This document shows, one piece after another, positions 53,107-64,000 of a DNA stretch of 64,000 nt. The notes under the pieces are model-generated. The model was given only the letters and a program-made list of their open reading frames with translations, made no database searches and had not been told where the DNA came from. The DNA is from Octopus vulgaris (taxonomy: Eukaryota). Position 1 is the first letter of the stretch, and each line of letters opens with the position of its first letter. A program made the translations under genes and the position numbers. The stretch is from positions 15,438,001 through 15,502,000 of the forward strand of contig OX597825.1 in NCBI GenBank assembly GCA_951406725.2, in the 5' to 3' direction.

Positions 53107-55309
53107 AAATGCTTAAGAAAGTAAAGAACCCTATTAAATTAGTCCGGTCATAGATATTAAAATACAAATAAGGAGATCAAGGTGAGAAACTACTCATCTA
53201 AGATTTTACTGCGCTTTAATTTGATGTTAAACATCACAGAAAAAATTATCTATTACACATTGGTATAAGCCAAAAGTTGTGTATAGGATCCCGAGCAAAG
53301 GTAACACAACTTGTTCCTGTGCATCAATGACTCTGTTCGTGTTGGCCGAAAAATAAAATTGAAAAATACATGTTTAAACTCAATAAGTCTAAAAATATAT
53401 AGCAAGGAACCTAGGCCAACTTCAGCTGCTTAATGTGAAATATGAAGCTGCTAATATTAGATAACCTAATATGTAAAATAAATTATTATTTTCTTGATAT
53501 ATATATATATATATACCAATTAAGGACTGAACACGAAAAGTGGACAGTCAACATGCTAGATATAGACGTCAAATCGCCATTCTCCACAAAAGATTATGTT
53601 CTCAGATCAAACTTAATTTCTACCCTTAATTAATTTTATATATATATATATGGTTCCACATCAGGAGAAACAAAGTTCCATAAAAGAACGGATGTTTTTT
53701 TTATTACAAAGCATTCCCCAAAATCATTCGACCATGAAAATTACCATTCATAGGGATGTACCTAACAGATATGCTTTTAATTACTTTCGAAAATAATCCA
53801 TCCATAAACATCCTTGCTCAAAACGTTCATTTAAACCATTACATACGTGCTCACACACAAGTAAAAAATGCACCTCTCACCAAACATATTAATATCACAC
53901 CCACCAATCTATTATTGTAAGAAATAGAAACGCCACATGACAAAAAAATAATATAAACAACCAATGAAGAGACGGGGGATCATCAACCAATCTCTAAATA
54001 AACAAAAAGCAAAATGAAGTAAAATCGTAAGTACAACGAAACAGATATACCTTTACTTTTAATATCGTGTATATTCCGATCGGTTTCATAACAATGCCTC
54101 TTTTAGCTATCTTGGTTTATAATTTATTGGCATTCCGATATCTATGAACAACTACTTCGTTTTATATTATAATTTTACTACATAATAACGAACTGATCGA
54201 TATCATTTAAACTAAACACAATAAATGATATCGATTGACATCGGGATGGAGTTAACTTTTCAGTTTCATACAGAGATATTACATACATATATACATATAA
54301 CTTACGTAGTCATACATTCACACAGATATCTACACACACATATGACGTGTGAACAGATATATAATTCTTCAAGGTCATTTGCATATAACCACAAGAATGT
54401 CTGTATTGTCAAATATCCTAGAACATTTAATGAGAATAAATGAACCAGCTGACAATATCATAAATAGATGGAGTAGCACTTTCCAAATAGACCTTGCAGA
54501 GTTTACTACAATAAGCCGTTATAGCTTAACACATGAGGTGGGTTACAACTGATCTACTGATAATAAAGTGCACTCAAGTTATTCAATGAACAGATATTTA
54601 TCCTATAAAAAATCACTGAACAATAACTAAAATTATAGATGAAGGCATTTAAACATTTCTAGGTGTTGTTCGTAAGAGGTTTTAGTGAAATATCCGCTAA
54701 ATAGCTGAGATAATTTTCTTTAGCATAATTCCATCATGACAGCCAAGACGGATCTGTATCTTTCAGAGGCTTGCATTAACATTTGTAACTTAAAACCATG
54801 AAAGACCAATTCTCTTTCGTTATATCAGAATATAGAATGATTATAAAGCTAGGTATAATAAGCTGGCAGTACAATAATATAAAGTTGATATTGTTAAGTT
54901 GGAAAGAGAATACGATGAGAGACACAATCGACTGAACAATGGAATGATATAAGTAGCTTTCAGAATAATATTAGAGTGGTAACGAAGTGTTATAACATTG
55001 CTGATTGTACAGGAATGATAGTGAACAAATACCAAATAGAGATTGACACTAATTGAAACACTATTAAAAAACATTAATGGCCACAATGCATTTTATCACG
55101 ATGTTTCATGAATTATTAATTGTAGAATAAATAGATCTAGATTTCCCCTACAACTTATGAAATGATTTTTAAGTAAACGATAGGAAACATGTCGTCTGCC
55201 CAGGCAGCTTCATATTGATGACTTCTAAATTAATCATATCTAGATTAGTATTTTGAATTTTAGATTCAAGGACAAAGAAGAAGATATGTTTAACAAAATA
55301 GACTTATTT

Positions 55310-55717
55310 AAGGCGGCGAGCTGGCAGAAACGCTAGCACACCGCGCGAAATACTTAACGGTATTTCGTCTTCCGCTACGTTATGTGTTGAAGTTCCGCCG
55401 AGGTCGACTTTGCCTTTTATCCTTTCGGAGTCGATTAAATAAGTACCAGTTACGCATTGGGGTCGATATATTCTACTTAACCCGTTTGTCTGTCCTTGTT
55501 TGTCCTCTCTGCGTTTAGCCTCTTGTGGGTAATAAACAAATAGGTATTTTGTCTTCTGCTACGTTCTGAGTTCATGTTCCGCCGAGGGCGATTTTGTTTT
55601 TTTCATCCTTTCGGGGTCGATTAAATAAGTACCAGTTACGCACTGGGGTCGATATAATCGACTTAATCCGTTTGTCTGTCCTTGTTTTGTCCCCTTTGTG
55701 GGCAGTAAAGAAATAAG
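55310..55717 (+). mobile_element. Family-B SINE, head plus two monomers
   Basis: GGTATTT monomer starts at 55359 and 55543 (184 bp apart). Confidence 0.9.
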
Positions 55718-56053
55718 AATATAATTATTTCATTATTTTTTCTAACTCACTCATTTCAAAGATCTTGACATATAGCTTCAACAATGTAAGAAAAAATAAA
55801 GCAAAACCCAACTAATATGTGGTCACTGTCCTCAGCAGTGGGTCTCTTAAATTTTTTCTTCCCCCTAAATAGTGCTTATAATGTTTCAAATTTAAATATC
55901 AATTACAATGTAAATGGTAGGGTTTATTCCTGTCGGTAACACGGAGAAAATGATAGGCAACTGCGATTAGTTTGACGTAGGTACAATTATTTATCCCGGT
56001 AAGGCTATATGACAGCAAAATTCGAGTCAGGATACTATGAGTAAGCGTACTGT

Positions 56054-56516
56054 TGTTGTTGTTGGCATCCTTTTTGTCTCGGGAGACAATGGAGTTGCGC
56101 ATAAAATAGTCTAGTCCGGCTTTTACATTTTATTTCCTGATACATTTCCTGCTGTGGCTGTGTAGTCCTATCCTGGACAAACACTCCCTCTGGCAGGTAC
56201 CACAAATGTAGCGAAGACTGTTCCTGGCTGGTTGTAATGTGATAGTTTCTTGTTGACGTCTTTTCTTGTCTTTCCATTTCTCCACTCTCTCTCTGTCACT
56301 CCTTCGTATTCCCTCTTTTACGGTACGTCAACAATCTCCACGGTTGCTGGCAACTGCTTCCCAATTGCTAATATTGATGTTACAGGCCTTAATGTTCCTT
56401 TTGCAAACATCCTTGTAACGTAAGAACGGTCTTTCCACAGACCTAGTACCCCTAGCAAGCTCTCCGTAGAGTATGTCCTTGGGGATTCTGCCATCTTTCA
56501 TACGGCTAACATGCTC
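56054..56516 (-). mobile_element. RTE-clade LINE 3' fragment
   Basis: HVSRMKDGRIPKDILYGELARGTR..RP.LRYKDVCKR; TCGTCQRECLSRIGLHSH zinc finger; (CAA)n tail; TSD AAGCGTACTGT (56043-56053) and AAGTGTACTGT (56517-56527). Confidence 0.88.
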
Positions 56517-58644
56517 AAGTGTACTGTAAGCTCCAATTAAATCAATACAAACGGCACCCAAGAAAGTGTCGTTTCACCTTTTGCCGATTTCTGTTTTATG
56601 TTAGGGATCATGTGTCTCATAAAGTTCCTCTTATGTCTGCAAATATATTACATTGGGTAAGATAGACGCCATCAGTAAACGATCATTTGGTGCACAATAA
56701 CTACTTCTCATTATAGATTTTGTTGTTATTTAACCCCGAGTCACACGTGGTCGGGCAGACCTATTACGAAAACATCAAATTCATGATATCCTACTTTTTT
56801 GCTTGATCGTAAGCCATCTCGATGGACGTTACCCAAATAAATTGTTTCTTTGTATATAAGATACATATGGTTGGGAAGGTGTTTGACTATTGTTTCCAGC
56901 ACGGGAAGTAATTGCATAGCGGGGTTCCTTCGCTGATTCGGATTGTTTAAACTTGACATCAGTTTTCAATATATACCAGATGATGATGTTAAAAGGTAAA
57001 ATATTGCTGTCAGATCTCTCCACGTATGAAAAGTGATACTGCTCTTTGAACCACCGCAAGAGATCTTGAATATTGCTAAATCTTCTGTGGTGCAGTTTAC
57101 CAGAAGCATAAGATAAACTATATAAGTGTAGGGAGTGGGGGAATAAACAAACACCTACATATTTTTGATAAAATTCGTCACAGTTAAAATTACTTTTAAA
57201 CCAAGAAAGAAAATAGCAATATTTTATATTTGGAGAAATACATACTCAGGCCTGATAGCTAGCATTGGTTATGTAAACAAGAAAATATGTTCTCGCTTAG
57301 ATGAAACAGCTTGTTAAAATATATAGTTGATTTTTCTTTGAAGAAAATTATAAGTTTTAACTTTGAAAGCATGGATAGTGAATAGAAATATTTATTTTAA
57401 ATATATTTTTAAAAGAACATAATATAAACTGAATTTAATTTCTTTTCAAAAGTATCATAAAAACTTCAAAAGCATATTGATAGTTAATTTGGTTATAATA
57501 TTTAGTAAGTTTTAATAAACCCTAATGTTGAAGTATAGCAGACTTTATTATATATTTTTCTTGCTATCTTATTGTTTGTATTTTTGTTTATAGTTTCTGC
57601 AAATTGAAAGATTTTTTTATAAATATAAAATTCATTTTCATATAATATACAAACACGAAAGGTATATTTTTTGTCCAATAAAGGAGAATATAATAAAATG
57701 TTATATGTGTGTTATTTTGTGTTAGAGTAAATTAAGAAATGATGTCCAATATTTTTAATATTGCAACAAAGCAATATATTGACATAATTTGAAGAAAATA
57801 TTATTATTCTTTATTCAAAAATTCCGGCTTTTAATTATTTCTGTATAGATATTTGCTATGAAAAGGAAATTTACTATTATTATCAATCTATGATAGGATA
57901 CCAAAGTTTTATTTCTATGTCGGAATGGTCTTTATCTATTTGATTTAAAATCTGAATATTTTTCGTTAGATTTGCTTGATTTGACCTATGATTAAAACTT
58001 TCGCTGACTGAAGAATTATCAATTTTCTTATAAATATTATAGCGTTCTTATCAATATAAAACCATCTTAATCTTATACTGATCTAATATTTGCAACTGAA
58101 ACAAAGATAGGTTTTAAATGAAAGAACTTTCATTGTCACATTAAGCAGATTAATAGATATTAATTTCTTCCATTATGCCTGAGTTACAGAGAAAAGTGAG
58201 GCCAAGGATACTGGCCAAACAATTTCTTTTTATCATTAATATACACAGTTTCAACAACGTGAATATTTATTTGAGATTTTATACAAACGTTATATGTCCT
58301 GGCAAGAGAACATCATGGGAAAAGGAAATCAAAATATTTGAAACAAGTTTTACACTAAGCAAATATTATTTTTTCATAGCTCCTGCTGAATAAATTTGCT
58401 AAAGCTACTGACGAGAACTTTATATCGTTTACAATATAAAGGAACAAAGAAATAGGTAAAGATATAAAATTATCCCTTGCTCATTCATTAAGATATATTG
58501 TTGTTTCTGTAATCATATATCATAAATCATATATCATATAATCAATAGTATAAGTACACCATAACCAACAGATTGATTTACTATTTTCACTCTACTGTAA
58601 TATATACCAACCAGTGGTGATACAGGTGGTAGATGCAGACACAT

Positions 58645-58876
58645 AAGGCGGCGATCTGGCAGAACAGTTAGCACGGCGAGCGAAATGCGTAGCCGTATTT
58701 CATCTGCTGTTACGTTCTGAGTTCAAATTCCGTCGAGGTCGACTTTACCTTGCATCCTTTCTGGGTCGATAAATTAAGTACCAGTTACGCACTTGGGTCG
58801 ACGTAATCTTTTTAATCCGTTTGTCTGTCTTTGTTTGTCCCTTCTATGTTTAGCCCCTTGTGAGCAATAAAGAATA
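58645..58876 (+). mobile_element. Family-B SINE with 14-bp TSD
   Basis: AGATGCAGACACAT 58631-58644 and AGATGCACACACAT 58877-58890. Confidence 0.9.
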
Positions 58877-59389
58877 AGATGCACACACATTTTATATATG
58901 TATATTATAAGTATATTATATATCATATTTATAATACATTGTATATTATATTATATATTATATAATATTAATATATATATATATGTGTGTGTGTGTGTGT
59001 ATCTGTATACACACATGCATCACATGCGCCAGCGTGCCATAGTTCAGCTGGGTCGCCATTATTATTATCTCCCCTTCACTCAGTCTCTTCCTTCCGCTCA
59101 TTTCCTCATATTGAACCGTTATTCCCTACACAATTTTTTCTCTCACCGTTATGAGAATGCACATTTTCTGATAGAAGAGAAAATCTTTTTTCCAGGATCG
59201 GGATATACTAAACAAGCTTCGGAGGAATGACTCAAAGAGGAATATCGCTTGTGGCCGGGCGACGCCAACTCGGAGCCCGCCTTGGTTTGAAACGAGGTGT
59301 GGGTGATGGAGGAGTATATAGACACAAGCGATGTTGGAGGGGAAAATTGACAAGTGGCTGAAAAGCCTCAGTGTTATAATGTTTAAGTT

Positions 59390-59695
59390 TGTAAGAGGCT
59401 CAACGCCTTAATTTATAAATGGAATATTATGTCCAAAAATTGTAAAAAGGGAAGTAAGAGCTTCAATACCTCGTTTTGTTTTTTGTGCATAAAATAATAA
59501 TGTTTTAATTTGTAAATGGACTATCAAGTCTAATAATTGTAAAAATGGAAGTAAGTGGCACAATACCTCGGTGTAATTTTTGTGTTAAAAAATAATAATG
59601 TTTCAACTTGTAAATGAACTCTTAAGTCCAATAATTGTAAAACGGAAGTAAGAGGTTCAACACCTCGGTTTGTTTTTGTGTATAAAATATTAAGT
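59390..59695. repeat. Diverged tandem repeat of about 97 bp, about 3 copies
   Basis: GGAAGTAAGAG..TCAATACCTCG recurs near 59449, 59547 and 59644. Confidence 0.8.
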
Positions 59696-59834
59696 TTTAG
59701 GGAAGCAAAAAATCGGTGGGCGTTTTTCGTCTTCTCCCATTAATACCATTTTATTTCATCATTCATCTTATCAATGTTTTTGTCCAGACCGCAATCTACT
59801 CTGTATCATACCTTTATGGCAAAAGTTTTTGAAA

Positions 59835-59976
59835 TAAAGTAGCTTGCTGACCAACCACATGATTCCGGGTTCAGTACGACTGCGTAGCTCCTTTGGCAAG
59901 TGTCTTCTACTATAGCGTCGGGCCAACCAAAGCCTTGTGAGTGGATTTCTTAGATCGAAACTGAGTGAATTCCGTC

Positions 59977-60012
<36 letters not shown>

Positions 60013-60200
60013 GTGTGTGTGTGTGTGTGTGTGTGTGCGAATATATGATTCTTTGTCTGTGTTTACGTCCCTATAACTTAACAGTTCTAAAAAAGGAACG
60101 ATAAAGTACTAGGTTTACAAATAATAAGTCCTGGGATCGATTTGTTCGACTGGAGGCGGTGCTCTAGCATGGCTGCAGTCAAATGACTGAAACGTATATA
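59835..60200 (+). mobile_element. Family-C SINE, 5'-clipped
   Basis: Colinear with 10324-10736. Confidence 0.85.
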
Positions 60201-61169
60201 AGAATATATATTACATCACGCCGGTACAGTTAGATGTACGGTAGCTAATACTGACTTTTGAATAGACCCGCATATGCAAATATATACACACAGGTACATG
60301 TACACACGCAGAATAGGAGAAAGGGAACGAAAGTATTAGTTATCTGAACAGAAGTATACAAGGTTACTGTGATTCTTAAAGGGATGTGTTGCCCGTTGAA
60401 TCAATTGTGTATATTATTCTTATTTCGTCCTTGTTGAATTCAAACAATTTGAATAGTATCAATATTACAGACAGACATAACAAAATGTAATTCTGTAATA
60501 TAAAAATGTCGCTATTCGTTCTTGATAATATGTCTTGCTGAGCAGCTGAATATCATTATTTTTTTAGAAAATAAATGTTGCTCACAAAATTTTATTAGCA
60601 GCATTGACGTTTACTTGATAACGTATTCTTAAGAATATAAGCGGACTCTGTTGCTTCCAAGAGCAGATATATTAATTTGATTTGAAGGAAATAATAAAGT
60701 AAAGAGCTTAACGCGCTAGTACGTTCCATTATTGTGTATTACTGAAGCTTAAAAACTGGAAAACACTGCTTCTGAAAAATATAGACACTCCGTTCAAACC
60801 CAGATACAAGATGCACCACAAGGAAGCATTAGTCGACTGCAGAACGGTAATAAGCGGATGCGATGACAAAGGAATACACGGTTATCTAATAAACTTCATT
60901 ACCTTAGAGTTGTTTTTGCTATAAGATGTTACACAGGTTATGAAATGAGTCCACTGCATCTTACAGAGAGAACAGCTGTAATCTAATGAAGTCCGTAAGT
61001 CATTTGTTCCTTTGTCACCTCATAAACTTATATATAAATATATATGTCTGTGTGTGTGTGCGCGTAGGTACGTATAAACAATAACACATGAATATATAGT
61101 TAACAGTTATATAAAATATATATGCGTATCCATATGGTAAGAATCACATACATTCATAAATATATATAT

Positions 61170-61485
61170 ATGTATAACAATAATTAAGGTTTTAGCAACG
61201 ACTTGCTTTACCACATACCGACAAATTTAGAAATAGCAGCCAAAATGCCTTCAAAATGCGTTTATTTCTTTTCGCAAGAAAAGAAATAAAAGCATTTTGG
61301 CTGCTATTTCTAAATTTTTCGGTATGTGGTTAAGCAACTCGTTGCTAAACCCTTAATTATTGTTATACATACATATATAAAACTTCTGGTATAAGTTTTT
61401 ACCGAATATGGTTCCTTTCTATACCGAAACTACTTGGTGGTATTTATTAATTATAAATTAATACTTTTTTACCCTATATCTATAA
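61170..61485 (+). mobile_element. Fold-back insertion in a TA tract (about 100-bp arms plus extension)
   Basis: Palindrome 61170-61370 centred near 61275. Confidence 0.65.
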
Positions 61486-61994
61486 TATATGTATATATAT
61501 ATATATAAAATATGTGACAACTAGTTGGTTGTTGTGTGCATGTTCGTATAGACTACGTTATGTATGTGCATGTGCGTATAGAGTTGTACGTATGAACGTA
61601 ATGATGCGTGCGTTTTTGCGTATGTGTTCTTATTTCTATATACGTTTTCCCCGTATGTATATTATGTGCATGTGCGTATAAACTACGTTTTGCATATCTG
61701 CGTATGTTTGTGTGCGTGTATATATGAGCGCAGTGATGCGTTCATGGGTATATATGCGTGTGTATATGTGTGTATGCGTAGACATATATATGTATATATG
61801 TGTGCTTGCATGTATATGTACATGCATGTGTGAGTATGTATATGTATGTGTGTATGTGTGTGTGTGTGTGTTTTTGTGCGTATATGTATATGTATGTATA
61901 TGTGTACATATGCGGATTCTATGAATGGCGTATTACTTTCACCATGCCGGTTGGAGTAATTTCCCTTTATTCAATGGGTTTTTTTCATCGCGTT

Positions 61995-62069
61995 TTGTCA
62001 TAATAACTGATGAGATGCCGGAGCAGACTTCAGCCCCAGTATTCGAAACTCTGAGTTTTATTATGACAA
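61995..62069 (+). ncRNA. Canonical-core type-I hammerhead ribozyme
   Basis: 12-bp stem I TTGTCATAATAA/TTATTATGACAA; CTGATGA 62007-62013; stem II GA..TC; GAAA 62045-62048; stem III ACTC-t-GAGT; GUU site with predicted cut after 62057. Confidence 0.85.
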
Positions 62070-62176
62070 CCAACTAATTGTTACATATTATATTTATAGA
62101 TAAATTCTTCTATTTTACAAAATATCGAGGTTCCATTCATTCTTTTGTTGTCATGTTATTATTATTAATACATACA

Positions 62177-62212
<36 letters not shown>

Positions 62213-62213
<1 letters not shown>

Positions 62214-62454
62214 TTTATTTAAAGCATAGAAAATTCAACAAAATCTGTTACTCTGAGTTTCTCGTTGCCGTTCATCAGACAGTTTTTGCTAGATTCTAGA
62301 TTGTAGCAAAAACTGTCTGATGAACGGCAACGAGAAACTCAGAGTAACAGATTTTGTTGAATTTTCTGCTGCTTTAAATAAAGCGTATTACTCCACCACT
62401 GGTATTTGAGTACTCTTTTTTTCCACCTTGTTTCACATTTATGTGTTTACTCCG

Positions 62455-62458
<4 letters not shown>
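62213..62458 (+). mobile_element. Fold-back PLE terminus in (TA)n carrying an HHR on each arm
   Basis: Arms 62213-62291 and 62304-62383; extension 62384-62458; (TA)n on both sides. Confidence 0.85.
62313..62350 (+). ncRNA. Minimal hammerhead ribozyme motif; mirror copy at 62245-62282 (-)
   Basis: CTGT-CTGATGA-aCG-gcaa-CGa-GAAA-CTC-a-GAG-TA-ACAG. Confidence 0.75.
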
Positions 62459-62516
<58 letters not shown>

Positions 62517-63439
62517 CGGGAAGCTTTATGAAAATAGACAAAAGACGAAGGCAGGTGGAAAACAAACGAACAATTGTATTAGTATTATATTATATAAATA
62601 TATATATGTATGTATGTATGTATGTATAGTGTATATATATATATTATGTGTTGCAAATGTGTGTGGGTGGGATGTATATTTATAGTTGTAGAGTTCGTAG
62701 TTATATAGAGACGCGCATTTATGTGTATGCAAGAAAATATAGTCTGAAGATGGGTGGGTATATATATATAAATTGAAACACTGTATGCCTAGATAAAGAT
62801 ACAAAACAAGAGGTTTATAGTCTGGAAAACCAACACAACTCTAGACAATTTTGAATATTTATGTTTCCGAAGTTTAATCATTTAAATTCATCAATCTATA
62901 TTTGTTTACACCCTATAGATATTTTTAGGAAGAATTAATTGGAAATGATGCAATGAAATTAAATCTGATCTATTACAAATACAGAGAAAAACAAAAAAGT
63001 ATTAATTGAAAAAGTATGAAGTTGTAAAGAATGCGAATTTATAAATTAATATTTATAAAAAGTATTGAAAAAAAATTGAACCGTTTAGTTTGATATTTTG
63101 ATTTGCAATTATATTAATATATTCAGATCACTTCTGAAATTTGATAAAGGAACATTTAAACAGATTCAGAAACCACGGTATTGTCTGCTATTTCTCTCTC
63201 CTCTCACTCAATTTTGTGATTGAAAAAAAATGTAAAAGAAAAATTACGATGCAGACACGAGTAGACTACTAATGATGTTCTGTAGTATATTTTTTTGTAC
63301 GTTACTATTCTGAGTTCAAAACATGTGAATGTGTTTATTTAGTTTTCATTCCACGTTCGGTACATTTTAGCCTTAAAATAGTTTTTTTTTCTCTTTCTAT
63401 TATAGGCAACCGTCCTGAAAATCTGGCGAACAGGAGGCT

Positions 63440-63600
63440 AGTCCATTCAATGTACTGGACTAGCCTCAACTGGTACTCAAACTATTCACCCCGAAATGAT
63501 AAAAAGCAAAATCGTCTTTGACAGAATTTGAACTCAGAACGTAATCCCGGACGAAATAGCAATAAGAGTTTTTGCCCTGCTTGTTAACCATCCTGCTGGC
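63440..63600 (-). mobile_element. Degenerate family-B SINE
   Basis: AACTGGTACT...ACCCCGAAA...GAATTTGAACTCAGAACGTAA...GACGAAATA. Confidence 0.7.
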
Positions 63601-64000
63601 TCCCTGTTTCGTTGTTTTTTTTTAGGGAGCATTCATTATTGTGCAACCTGAAATTAGTTAGTAGTTGTACACGTCTAATATAATTCCACCCCACGTGCCT
63701 ATGATATCAGGGATTCTCAATTTTTAGTAGCATAATAGGCCTTGTTTCTATTTGGGTCCCCACTATCATTATTATAAGGTCATCCCGGAAGTAATCTCCG
63801 GATCTTAAATAAGGAAAAGTGATCAAATCTTACATTTTAATGAAACTTAAGTTTCGATATAGTTTCCATGATTATCTATGACATCCTTCCATCTACTTGC
63901 AACCTTTTTAATTTCATTAGTGAAAAACTCGATTTCGAAAAAAACTCTGAATGTTCACTTTCGACTTCCTTAGTTGTTTCGAGAGTTAAGCCAGCGAAAT

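Overview
AT-rich, microsatellite-laden eukaryotic DNA with no recognisable host protein-coding exon. The SINE types and repeat landscape suggest a cephalopod (Octopus-like) intergenic or intronic region; this is inferred, not tested. Nearly all ORFs in the track are artefacts of (TA)n, (TG)n, (GATA)n or (AAT)n repeats. The real coding content is transposon-derived: a young 5'-truncated Penelope-like element (PLE; RT + GIY-YIG, 34834-37490) with an inverted 5' arm, a decayed second PLE, CR1-, RTE- and R4/Dong-type LINE 3' fragments, and two decayed Tc1/mariner transposases. There are also about 25 copies of several tRNA-derived SINE families. The most notable signal is a set of minimal type-I hammerhead ribozyme (HHR) motifs in at least five unrelated sequence contexts. 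One is a three-copy non-coding element made of a tRNA-like Pol III head, an (AAT)n linker, an HHR and a tail. Two of its copies are inserted with Penelope-style geometry (inverted 5' arm, 3' extension, target-site duplication), so it is a candidate Penelope-mobilised, ribozyme-bearing SINE. Family letters A-E are my own working labels.
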